Shown here: piece after piece, positions 47,794-56,729 of the stretch
Layout of the letters: the number at the start of each line of letters is the position of its first letter
Numbering within the stretch: position 1 is the stretch's first letter
Source of the DNA: a candidate division WWE3 bacterium
GTDB lineage: Bacteria; Patescibacteriota; WWE3; UBA101185; UBA10185
Assembly (NCBI GenBank): GCA_016182565.1
Contig: JACPGI010000003.1
Location: forward strand, 5,280-69,279
DNA length: 64,000 nt
Direction: 5' to 3'
Translations under genes and position numbers: made by a program
Notes under the pieces: generated by a model
The model's input: only the letters and a program-made list of their open reading frames with translations
Told to the model about the DNA's origin: nothing
The model's database searches: none

Positions 47794-50195
47794 GTAGCCT
47801 AATGGACACACTTTACACAGGATTTTGGATTGTTTTTTATATTGTGTTTCTCATCACTTTTTTTTGGGTTATTTTTCTTGCAGTTTCAAGAAGATTTAGA
47901 AACAAAAGAGAACATGAAGAAAGATACAGCCTTACTTTCATGCAAATAAAACTACCGCGTGAGAATGAGGTTGAGATAAAAGCTGCTGAGCAGATGTTTT
48001 CTGGACTCATTGGTATTAAAAAACCGTTTTGGGGAGCTCTATTTACAGGGCAGCATAGGGTTTCATTTGAGATAGTGTCTAAGGCTGAAGGAATAGGCTT
48101 TTATGTTGTAACGCCGGATTCACTTGCCGGTCTTGTTGAAAAGCAAATAAATGGAGCATACCCGGATGCTGAAATTGATATTGTTGATCCAAGCGAGGTC
48201 TGGGATCGTGGGGCGTACACGTCAGTCATGGAACTACGTCTTGCAGGGCCTTCTTATTACCCTATTAAAGTTTATGAAAATATGGGTAGTGATACCATGA
48301 GTGGCATCACTTCTGTCATGAGTAAGCTTGAGGCAGATGAGGCTCTTGCAATCCAGCTTGTAATAAGCCCATCAGGAGAGGCTTGGAGAAATCATGGTTA
48401 TAGATTTATAGGAAATGTTAAAGCCGCTCAAGCAAATCCCGAAAAGTCTTCTAAGGTCGACGCTACTTTTATCGAGGGGGTTGAAAAAGAAGTTGCTAAA
48501 CCTGGTTTTGATGTTGCAATAAGAGTAATCTCCTTAGCTAAAGATAAAATTACCGCCGACTCTCATTTACAAAATGTCCACTCGGCCTTCGAACAATTTA
48601 CAAATCCAAAATACAATAAATTTAAACAAGTTAGCTTCATGAGTTCTCAAAGAATTGTTGACGACTTCATTTTTAGAAGGCTAGATGCCCTGGAAGTTTC
48701 AATTCCGGCTTTTGACATCCCGCTTTATAGAAATACTTCCCTTTTAAATATTGAAGAATTAGCAACAGTGTTTCATTTCCCAAATAAAAATGTCCAGACC
48801 CCAAAGATTATGTGGCTGCAGTCAAGAAAAAGCGCAGCCCCATCAAATGCACCAAAGGAAGGTATGTACCTCGGGAAAAATATATTTAGAGGTGTGGAGA
48901 CTAAAATCCACTTAAAACCGGATGATAGAAGGAGACATACTTATATTATTGGCCAGACCGGTACAGGAAAGTCACAACTTTTGATGTATATGGCAGTGCA
49001 AGACATTGTTGCAGGTCACGGAGTATGTGTTATTGATCCACACGGAACTGATATAGATGATATTTTGAAAAAGATTCCACCGGAAAGAATGGACGATGTT
49101 ATTTTGTTTGATGTGTCGGATACTACAAGGCCTCTTGGTTTAAATATTTTAGAGGCGGAAGATGATGATCAAAGAAATATGATCATAAATTCGTTTATAG
49201 GGCTTTTATATAAACTTTATGATCCAAACCATTCAGGTATTATCGGCCCACAGTTAGAGCGCGCTGTTCGAAACATAATGCTTACAGCAATGGTTGACCC
49301 TGAAAGCACCATGATTGATGTATTACGGCTTGTAATCGACGGTGAGTATATCAAAAAGTTTCTGCCAAAAATAAAAGATCCGCTTGTGAAAAGGTATTGG
49401 ACAGACGAAATGGCAAAAACTTCTGATTTTCATAAAAGCGAAAAAGTAGGCTATTTTGTTTCGAAGTTTGACCGTTTTGTTACCGAAAAAGTAATGCGTA
49501 ATATCATAGGGCAGCCAAAATCCGCTCTAAATTTTCCTAAAATTATGGCAGAAAAGAAGATACTTCTTGTTGATTTATCAAAAGGTAAGATCGGGGAAGA
49601 AAATTCAAATTTCTTAGGTCTTATTTTAGTTCCAAGAATATTATCAGCCGCTATGGCAAGACATACTTTAATAGGCAAAGAAGATTTTCCGGACTTTTAT
49701 CTATATGTCGATGAGTTTCAAAATTTTGCAACTCCGGACTTTGCGACTATTTTATCGGAAGCTCGTAAGTACAAGTTAAACTTAATTGTTGCCAACCAAT
49801 TTATAGCTCAGCTTACAGATGACATTAAAAATGCAGTATTTGGCAACGTTGGTACTACTATGGCATTTAGAGTAGGCGCGGATGATGCAGAGTATCTTGA
49901 AACTCAGTTTGCACCGTTTACTAAGGCTGATCTTATAAATAATACTGTCGGTAATTACTACATGAAGCTTCTTGTGAATGGCCAGCCAACCCCACCATTT
50001 TCTGTAAATATAAATTGGGAGGAAATACAGGCCGTAAAAAAATATCCAGGTGTTGACGAGAGGCTTAGAGAAATGTCTAGGATGAAATACGGCGTACCTG
50101 TAGAAGAGGTTGATAAATATATAAATCTTCGTGCCGGCTTTGGTGATGAGTTTGAAACCAAAGATCCAAGAGATATTATAAAAGAGTTGTTTTAA
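47790..50195 (+). CDS. VirB4/VirD4-superfamily (TraG/TraD-like type IV secretion/conjugation) P-loop ATPase, N-terminal TM anchor
   Basis: N-terminal TM, an approximately 350-aa N-domain, Walker A GQTGTGKS, Walker B LYVDEFQNFA and the conserved ARKYKLNLIVANQFIAQL motif typical of T4SS VirB4/coupling-protein ATPases. It is 801 aa. Confidence 0.6.
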   Translation: MSSLMDTLYTGFWIVFYIVFLITFFWVIFLAVSRRFRNKREHEERYSLTFMQIKLPRENEVEIKAAEQMFSGLIGIKKPFWGALFTGQHRVSFEIVSKAEGIGFYVVTPDSLAGLVEKQINGAYPDAEIDIVDPSEVWDRGAYTSVMELRLAGPSYYPIKVYENMGSDTMSGITSVMSKLEADEALAIQLVISPSGEAWRNHGYRFIGNVKAAQANPEKSSKVDATFIEGVEKEVAKPGFDVAIRVISLAKDKITADSHLQNVHSAFEQFTNPKYNKFKQVSFMSSQRIVDDFIFRRLDALEVSIPAFDIPLYRNTSLLNIEELATVFHFPNKNVQTPKIMWLQSRKSAAPSNAPKEGMYLGKNIFRGVETKIHLKPDDRRRHTYIIGQTGTGKSQLLMYMAVQDIVAGHGVCVIDPHGTDIDDILKKIPPERMDDVILFDVSDTTRPLGLNILEAEDDDQRNMIINSFIGLLYKLYDPNHSGIIGPQLERAVRNIMLTAMVDPESTMIDVLRLVIDGEYIKKFLPKIKDPLVKRYWTDEMAKTSDFHKSEKVGYFVSKFDRFVTEKVMRNIIGQPKSALNFPKIMAEKKILLVDLSKGKIGEENSNFLGLILVPRILSAAMARHTLIGKEDFPDFYLYVDEFQNFATPDFATILSEARKYKLNLIVANQFIAQLTDDIKNAVFGNVGTTMAFRVGADDAEYLETQFAPFTKADLINNTVGNYYMKLLVNGQPTPPFSVNINWEEIQAVKKYPGVDERLREMSRMKYGVPVEEVDKYINLRAGFGDEFETKDPRDIIKELF

Positions 50196-50255
50196 TACCA
50201 TTTTCAAGCTAAATTCCTTTCCACCAAGGCCAAAAAATGCTATATACTTTATCCT

Positions 50256-52127
50256 ATGGCAACTTTAACTACAAATGATATTCGAACAAGATTTCTTGAA
50301 TACTACAAAAATCGTGGGCACGAGGTTGTTCCATCTTCAGCCATAATTCCAGAAAATGACCCTACAACCCTTTTTACCGGTTCTGGGATGCAACCTATGC
50401 TTCAATACTTGCTTGGTGCACCTTATCCCTCAGGAAGTTCAAGAGTAGTTGACTCACAAAAATGTTTTAGAGCCATGGATATAGAAGAGGTGGGTGACAA
50501 CAGACACACTACTTTTTTTGAAATGCTTGGTAACTGGTCGTTTGGTGATTATTGGAAAAAAGAACAATTAAAATGGATTTTCGAGTTTTTAACTACAGAA
50601 CTTGGTCTTGATCCAAATAAACTTTATGTGACAGTTTTTATAGGTGATGAAAAAAACGGTCTTACAAAAGATGATGATTCAGTTGCGATTTGGCAAGAAT
50701 TATTTAAAGAAAAGAACATAGAGGCAAAAGCCATCGAGATCGGTAGCGAGGAAAATGGGGCTAAGATTGGTATGAGTGATGGCCGAATTTTTTATTATGA
50801 AGCTAAGAAAAACTGGTGGAGTAGAGCTGGAGTTCCAGATGCCATGCCTATTGGTGAACCGGGGGGACCAGACTCTGAAATATTTTATGATTTTGGTACA
50901 ACCCACGACCCTAAATTTGGGGAAAAATGCCACCCAAACTGTGACTGCGGCAGATTTTTAGAGATTGCAAACTCAGTGTTTATGGCCTTTAAGAAGGTCG
51001 GTGATGGTAAATTTGAAAACTTGCCCAAAAGAAATGTGGATTTTGGTGGTGGACTGGAAAGAATTTCAGCTGCATTAAACGACAACCCAGATATGTTTAA
51101 AATAGATATTTTTGCCAAAATAATTGCGGTGATTGAAGAAGAATCGGGCAAAAAGTATATGGGTGAAAATATGGCTCCAATGCGAGTAGTGGCTGACCAT
51201 TTGCGAGGCGCAGCTTTTATGATTAAAGAGGGTGTGATTCCCGCCAACAAACTTCAAGGTTATGCTCTTAGGCGTCTTATTCGAAGATCAGTTGTAAAAA
51301 TGTATCAGTTATCTGGTACAACTGACAGTTCTGAGTTGTTTATTAAAATTATTTCCGAATACATAAAATTTTTTAAGGACCTATATTTTGACGAGCTTGC
51401 AGACACCAAAAAAATAAGTACCGTTTTGGTAGATGAAGTAAAAAAGTTTGGAAGGTCGCTTGATAAAGGTATTAAAGAAATTGAAAACATAAACCCCAAA
51501 GATATAAGTCCAAAATTTGCGTTTGATCTGTATCAGACCTATGGTTTTCCGGTTGAAATCACCCAGGAAATTTTAGCTGAAAAAGGGATAAAACTTGATT
51601 TGGCTAAAGTTCAAGACGAAAAGTCTAAACATCAAAGCGCCTCTCGTACAGCCTCAGCTGGAGAATTTAAAGGAGGACTTGGCGGTACCTCAGAAAAAGA
51701 TATCTGGTACCACACACTTACTCATTTATTACACAAAGCTTTACGTGATGTACTCGGCAATCATGTCCATCAAGCTGGAAGTAATATAACGCCAGAAAGA
51801 CTAAGGTTTGACTTTACACATACTGAAGCGTTAACTTCGGACGAAATAGAACAGGTGGAACGCATAGTAAATTCAAAAAAAGACGAAGCATTAACCGTAA
51901 GTTTTATAAATATGTCTTTGGATGATGCTTTAGCCTCCGGTGCACTAGCCTTTTTTACTGAAAAATATGGAGATGTTGTAACGGTGTATTCTATAGGCGA
52001 TTTTTCTAAAGAAATTTGTGGGGGGCCACATGTTGCAAATACATCTAAAATCAAGGGAGTGTTTAAGATTGTTTCCGAAAAATCTTCCGGAGCTGGGGTA
52101 AGAAGAATAAAAGCGGTTGTGGAGTAA
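50256..52127 (+). CDS. alaS: Alanine--tRNA ligase (catalytic + tRNA-recognition + editing domains; no C-Ala domain)
   Basis: N-terminal FLEYYKNRGHEVVPSS...DPTTLFTGSGMQP, editing-domain HTLTHLLH and CGGPHV. It is 623 aa. Confidence 0.85.
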   Translation: MATLTTNDIRTRFLEYYKNRGHEVVPSSAIIPENDPTTLFTGSGMQPMLQYLLGAPYPSGSSRVVDSQKCFRAMDIEEVGDNRHTTFFEMLGNWSFGDYWKKEQLKWIFEFLTTELGLDPNKLYVTVFIGDEKNGLTKDDDSVAIWQELFKEKNIEAKAIEIGSEENGAKIGMSDGRIFYYEAKKNWWSRAGVPDAMPIGEPGGPDSEIFYDFGTTHDPKFGEKCHPNCDCGRFLEIANSVFMAFKKVGDGKFENLPKRNVDFGGGLERISAALNDNPDMFKIDIFAKIIAVIEEESGKKYMGENMAPMRVVADHLRGAAFMIKEGVIPANKLQGYALRRLIRRSVVKMYQLSGTTDSSELFIKIISEYIKFFKDLYFDELADTKKISTVLVDEVKKFGRSLDKGIKEIENINPKDISPKFAFDLYQTYGFPVEITQEILAEKGIKLDLAKVQDEKSKHQSASRTASAGEFKGGLGGTSEKDIWYHTLTHLLHKALRDVLGNHVHQAGSNITPERLRFDFTHTEALTSDEIEQVERIVNSKKDEALTVSFINMSLDDALASGALAFFTEKYGDVVTVYSIGDFSKEICGGPHVANTSKIKGVFKIVSEKSSGAGVRRIKAVVE

Positions 52128-52170
52128 TTTCAAGCCCATATTTTCATAAATTCCCCATAAATCACTATTA

Positions 52171-52180
52171 ACCCCCCCCC
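52171..52180. repeat. Homopolymeric C10 tract in the intergenic/promoter region upstream of the FtsA-like gene, flanked by CCCCATAAAT direct repeats
   Basis: Ten consecutive C about 58 bp upstream of the ATG at 52239 in an otherwise AT-rich intergenic region. Confidence 0.6.
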
Positions 52181-52238
52181 ATAAATACTAGGGATATAAA
52201 AGTTGTTGCAGATTCGTTCTTAATCTATACTCATATTA

Positions 52239-53462
52239 ATGTTTCAACTGCCATTTAATTTCAAACAGCAAAAAAAACCTTCAAAATTTTTAACCATTGA
52301 TATAGGTTCCAATGAAGTTAAAGTGATAGCTTTTAATGTTGTTACACAGGATGGCCATCTTACTCCCAAAGCTTCGGTTCTTGGTATTGCAAAGAAGGAA
52401 ATCTTGCCCGAGACAACAAGATCGGGCTCAATCACAGACTCAAACGATGTAATTCAAGCCTTGAAAACTGCTATTACCCAAGCTTCACCCGAGGACGAAA
52501 CCATTAAAGATGCAGTTTTTGGTGTTAGCGGAATTTTGGGAACTGGATTTATGATTACAGTTAAGGTGGGGCGCAAAAGCACATCCCAGATCTCTAAAAA
52601 AGAACTCCAAAATAATTTTGAAAAGATTCATGAGGAAGCTTACGATATAGCTCAAGGGATCTTTAGGGATATGACCGGCCTTGAAGACCTCGACCTTAAG
52701 ATGATTACTTCTTCTGTAGTTTATGCAAAGTTGGATGGCCATCTTATGGACGATTTGGAAGGAAAGACTGGTAGAAAACTTGAGATTGCGGTTTATACTG
52801 CGTTTACCCCAACATACCATTTTAATACAATTCACGATATCGCAAGTAAATTAGGTTTAAACCTTATTGCGATTGCTCCTACCACATATTCTCTTGCAAA
52901 AGCTCTGTCGTACTCAAAAGGTGCCGACTATGATGCAGTGCTAATTGATGTTGGTGGGGACATAACAGATGTAGCTGTAGTCTTTGGGGGAGGTATTGTT
53001 GCAAGTAGGAGTATTGAGATAGGTGGCAACCATTTCACACGTGCTATAGAAAAAGGGATGCTATTACCACCACGAGAAGCTGAACTTCGCAAGATTTCTT
53101 ATTCATTTGAGAGACTAAATGAGTCCGATGAGATGCTTGTCCAAGGTCACATTGATAATTTGCTAGATATTTGGCTCCACGGCCTTGATGTTGTGTTTTC
53201 CGACTTTACCGGAGTTAAGATGTTTTCTTCCAATGTATATGTTGCGGGTGGTGGGATAATACTTCCTGATCTTTTTGAGGTTTTAAGTAAAGAGCCTTGG
53301 GCAAAATCTGTACCATTTAAATCTCCCCCAGAGTTTAGTAAACTGTCAATTGACGATTTAAAGCTTGTCGAAGATATGAGCGGAAATTCCTATTCTTTGG
53401 AGTATATTATCCCGGCTGCCCTATCAATTGTTTATCTTGAAGCGAAAGGTTTAATAGATTAA
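52239..53462 (+). CDS. Actin-like ATPase, FtsA-like (or PilM-like)
   Basis: IDIGSNEVKV phosphate-1, and LIDVGGDITDVAVVFGGG...SIEIGGNHFT phosphate-2/adenosine motifs. Size 407 aa is closer to FtsA. Confidence 0.55.
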   Translation: MFQLPFNFKQQKKPSKFLTIDIGSNEVKVIAFNVVTQDGHLTPKASVLGIAKKEILPETTRSGSITDSNDVIQALKTAITQASPEDETIKDAVFGVSGILGTGFMITVKVGRKSTSQISKKELQNNFEKIHEEAYDIAQGIFRDMTGLEDLDLKMITSSVVYAKLDGHLMDDLEGKTGRKLEIAVYTAFTPTYHFNTIHDIASKLGLNLIAIAPTTYSLAKALSYSKGADYDAVLIDVGGDITDVAVVFGGGIVASRSIEIGGNHFTRAIEKGMLLPPREAELRKISYSFERLNESDEMLVQGHIDNLLDIWLHGLDVVFSDFTGVKMFSSNVYVAGGGIILPDLFEVLSKEPWAKSVPFKSPPEFSKLSIDDLKLVEDMSGNSYSLEYIIPAALSIVYLEAKGLID

Positions 53463-55055
53463 ATGGAAAAACTTGAATTTTTAATACATGACGATGTAAT
53501 TGCAATAATAGATAAGATCAGAAATTTTTCGGGTTCTAATATAGAACTTTTTTTTCCAGATGGCTCCGTAGTTTTTGATAATGGATTAAACTTGCGTCTT
53601 ATAAAAAAAGAATGTGACAAACTAAATAAAACTGTTTTATTTTCTACCAATGATCCTGAAGGTAAATACCTTGTTTCTTTAGTCGATGATGTCACAAGGG
53701 AAGTTTCTGGAGATAGCAATTCCGACTTTGTTTCAAGAGAGGTTTCTTTGGATGAAGTAACAGGTATAACAACTAAAAACTCTATTAAATCCTCAAAATT
53801 TACTATGTCGACTGTGTTACCAAACCTTTCTCGTATACGAGGTATAAAAACTCCACTAATCAAGTTTCCAAAACTTGGGTTAAACTTTGGATTAATAGTG
53901 ATGGGGATTTTATTTGCTGGGTTAATTGCTGGTTTTGCGTATTGGTATTTTTGGACTATTCCTAAGGCAGATGTAAATATAGTTTTAAAATCAGAACCTC
54001 TTGTAAAAAGTCTTCAGATAACAGTTGAAAACGGTGGTAAAAATAGTGCGTCCCTAAGGACTTTAGAGGGGCGTATCTTTTCCTCTACACTCACCGAGAC
54101 TGTAAAAACAGATGCGACAGGTTCAAAACTTATTGGTGAAAAAGCAGGGGGCAAAATAAAAGTTATCAATAGAACAACAACCGCTAAAACTTTTAAAAAA
54201 GGCGAAAAACTGCATTATAAAGAAGATGATGATTTATTGTTTAGTATCGATGATGATTTGACGGTACCCGGAGCACAGTTACAGGATCCACTTGATGTAA
54301 ATTCTGCCTTGGTACCAGGAAATGCTGAGGTTTCTACAACTGCCACAGAGTTTGGCAAGAGCTACAACATATCAAAAGGCAAAACGTTTGAGTTTGAAAA
54401 ATATAGCACCACTGACTACATTGCCGAAGTCACGACAAGTTTTTCTGGAGGCTCAAGTGAGCAAGTTAAGGTAGTAACTCAGGTGGACTTAGACAAACTT
54501 GCAACAGATATTGCACTTGTTTTTAAGGAAAAAGGTCCCCAAGCAGTAAAATCTGGTGTACAGCAAGGTTGGGTTTTAATAAACGGTTCAGAGACAAGCA
54601 CGAGTATAAGTAAAAAATATAATAAAAAAGTTGATGACGTTTCTAATGAAGTCGAACTGGTCGAGACAGTAAACTACCAGGGGCTTGGATACAGTAGTAA
54701 TGGTTTAAATTCCCTTCTTAACGATCTTTTGGCCGAGTTTATTACAAAAGACTATGAACTTTCTAAGGAAAGTAGAGACATCAAGGCCGAAGTTTTAGGT
54801 AATACTGATAAAACAGTTTTGACTACGTCAAAAGCAGATCTTCAAGTGACCGTGAAGGCTTTCATTGTTCCAGTTTTAAATGCCGATAATATAAAAAATA
54901 GTCTTCTAGGAGTTTCTTTTACGGAGGCCGAGCGACTTTTAAATGAAATAAAAAATATTAAGACATATGGTATAAACATGACACCAAAAGTCTCACTATT
55001 AAAACGAATTCCAAAAAATATCGCTAACGTAAATTTAAACATTACCTTGGAATAA
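53463..55055 (+). CDS. Hypothetical bitopic membrane protein (130-aa cytoplasmic domain, TM, about 370-aa Thr/Lys-rich extracytoplasmic domain), coupled to the FtsA-like gene
   Basis: TAA-ATG adjacency with the upstream gene and a TM LIVMGILFAGLIAGFAYWYFW. Confidence 0.45.
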   Translation: MEKLEFLIHDDVIAIIDKIRNFSGSNIELFFPDGSVVFDNGLNLRLIKKECDKLNKTVLFSTNDPEGKYLVSLVDDVTREVSGDSNSDFVSREVSLDEVTGITTKNSIKSSKFTMSTVLPNLSRIRGIKTPLIKFPKLGLNFGLIVMGILFAGLIAGFAYWYFWTIPKADVNIVLKSEPLVKSLQITVENGGKNSASLRTLEGRIFSSTLTETVKTDATGSKLIGEKAGGKIKVINRTTTAKTFKKGEKLHYKEDDDLLFSIDDDLTVPGAQLQDPLDVNSALVPGNAEVSTTATEFGKSYNISKGKTFEFEKYSTTDYIAEVTTSFSGGSSEQVKVVTQVDLDKLATDIALVFKEKGPQAVKSGVQQGWVLINGSETSTSISKKYNKKVDDVSNEVELVETVNYQGLGYSSNGLNSLLNDLLAEFITKDYELSKESRDIKAEVLGNTDKTVLTTSKADLQVTVKAFIVPVLNADNIKNSLLGVSFTEAERLLNEIKNIKTYGINMTPKVSLLKRIPKNIANVNLNITLE

Positions 55056-55057
55056 AA

Positions 55058-55477
55058 ATGACAAATGTCACAAAATCAGAGGAAATTCTACTTGGAATAG
55101 ACTATGGTGCTTCAAATACCGGTATTGCTTTTGGTAGATCAGGACTTGCGGCTCCACTTGAGGTTCTTCCCAGTAAAAATATTGAAGGGTTAATTGGGCA
55201 TATTGGTAGAACAGTTATTGAGAATAAAGTTACAAAACTTATTGTCGGTTTACCACTTGATTGGGAAGGTAAAGAGACCAGTCAGTCATTGAAAGTCCGT
55301 CAATTTGTGAAGCTTCTAAAGATAAGATTAAAACGACCTGTTGAATTTATAAGCGAACATGGTACTACAAAGGAGGCGATCGATGGGGCAATAAAATCTG
55401 GAATTTCCATGAAAGCCAGAAGATCAAATGATTCTTTGTCTGCAGCAATTATCGTTAAAAGATATTACGCGCAATAA
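55058..55477 (+). CDS. ruvX: YqgF/RuvX RNase H-fold putative pre-16S rRNA nuclease / Holliday junction resolvase-like
   Basis: LLGIDYGASNTGIAFG N-terminal motif and a size of 139 aa. Confidence 0.75.
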   Translation: MTNVTKSEEILLGIDYGASNTGIAFGRSGLAAPLEVLPSKNIEGLIGHIGRTVIENKVTKLIVGLPLDWEGKETSQSLKVRQFVKLLKIRLKRPVEFISEHGTTKEAIDGAIKSGISMKARRSNDSLSAAIIVKRYYAQ

Positions 55478-55480
55478 AGA

Positions 55481-55723
55481 TTATTTATTTTCTTTTTTCA
55501 CCATTCTTACTTCTTTAGATTCACAAATCATACATTCAAAGTTTTCACCAGGATTTAAACAAGCTGGGCACATGTATATGCCATCTTTATAAACAACCTC
55601 TTCTCTTGAGCAGGTATTGCACAAAAAAACCACGTCATCCCTTGCTATAGTTCCGCATTTTGGACAAATAAATTCAACCTCTTCTGGAGTACTTGTATTA
55701 GTTTTTACTTCTTGATCTAGCAT
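55481..55723 (-). CDS. Small zinc-ribbon protein (four CxxC pairs)
   Basis: CPKCG, CNTCS, CPAC and CMIC. Confidence 0.45.
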   Translation of the reverse strand: MLDQEVKTNTSTPEEVEFICPKCGTIARDDVVFLCNTCSREEVVYKDGIYMCPACLNPGENFECMICESKEVRMVKKENK

Positions 55724-55777
55724 ACTTAAAATTTATCACGACTTGTTAGAGGGTACAAGCAATGTTAACCTTATATT

Positions 55778-56701
55778 ATGGAATTGACGTCTGGTTTAAA
55801 CATGTTTCTAATCTTCTATTTGGCAGTTGGCTTTATTTACGCCTCCTATATTTTACTTTTTGCGGGGGACCTTTGGTACGCATTTCCTATAAATATGCTT
55901 TTTGGCCCTGTTTACATTGTTCAAGTCATATTTAAATATAGAAAACTCCATCCTAACCCAAGTTACAAAGATGTATTTTATGGTAAAAAGGTGGCAATAT
56001 TTGATCTTGATGGGACGCTGATTGACTCGTCTCCAATATGGCTAGATGCTTTTTCGAACGTGAAGTTTGAGGTCGGTTTAGAAGCATTAATAATAGATTT
56101 TCCACCCGGGGTTGGAATACTGGATTGTTGGAAAAATTTATTGAAAAGTCCTGATTTTGATAAAAATATGAAATTTGAGTTTACTCCGGAACAACTGGCA
56201 GAAAAAACGGAAGTGGAGTATTTAAGTTTGTTTGAGGATGTGGCGTTGACAGAGGGATTTTGGTCTGTTGCAGCTGATTTGAAAGAAAATGGTTTTAGGT
56301 TAGCACTTGCAAGTAATACAAATAAGCATGTTGTTACCGAAGTGTTAAAAAGACTTGGAATAGAAAATGTTTTTGAGCAAATAATCTGTGGAGACGATGT
56401 GAAAAAGAAAAAACCAAACCCGGAGATGTACAAGACCTTAGCAAAAAATATGGGTGTAAAACCTAAAGAGTGTGTTGTGTTTGAAGACGCTGTGGTTGGA
56501 GCCAAGGCTTCGGTTGCTGCGGGGATGGAAACCGTAGTTATTTGGAATGGGGAGTATGATCAGGATGTATACCCAAAAGGTATTAAATTTTTCTTACCGG
56601 ATTTTACTGACCTTCCAGGAAACCTTTTTAAAACTAATAAAGAAAGAGTGCTTGAGGCGGCTAAGGAGTATGAAGAAGAAATTTCTTTAGCTAATCAATA
56701 G
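55778..56701 (+). CDS. HAD-superfamily hydrolase (subfamily IA, beta-phosphoglucomutase-like) with N-terminal membrane extension
   Basis: Motif I FDLDGTL, a motif IV DD and an N-terminal TM pair. Confidence 0.7.
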   Translation: MELTSGLNMFLIFYLAVGFIYASYILLFAGDLWYAFPINMLFGPVYIVQVIFKYRKLHPNPSYKDVFYGKKVAIFDLDGTLIDSSPIWLDAFSNVKFEVGLEALIIDFPPGVGILDCWKNLLKSPDFDKNMKFEFTPEQLAEKTEVEYLSLFEDVALTEGFWSVAADLKENGFRLALASNTNKHVVTEVLKRLGIENVFEQIICGDDVKKKKPNPEMYKTLAKNMGVKPKECVVFEDAVVGAKASVAAGMETVVIWNGEYDQDVYPKGIKFFLPDFTDLPGNLFKTNKERVLEAAKEYEEEISLANQ

Positions 56702-56729
56702 AAAACCCCCGATAGTATATAATATCCAA

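Noticed and set aside
47790-50195. Interpreting the T4SS-like ATPase as part of an integrative conjugative element
   Set aside because: No relaxase, integrase, oriT-like repeats or flanking tRNA or att sites are present, and the flanks are housekeeping genes (alaS downstream), so the ICE reading is unsupported.
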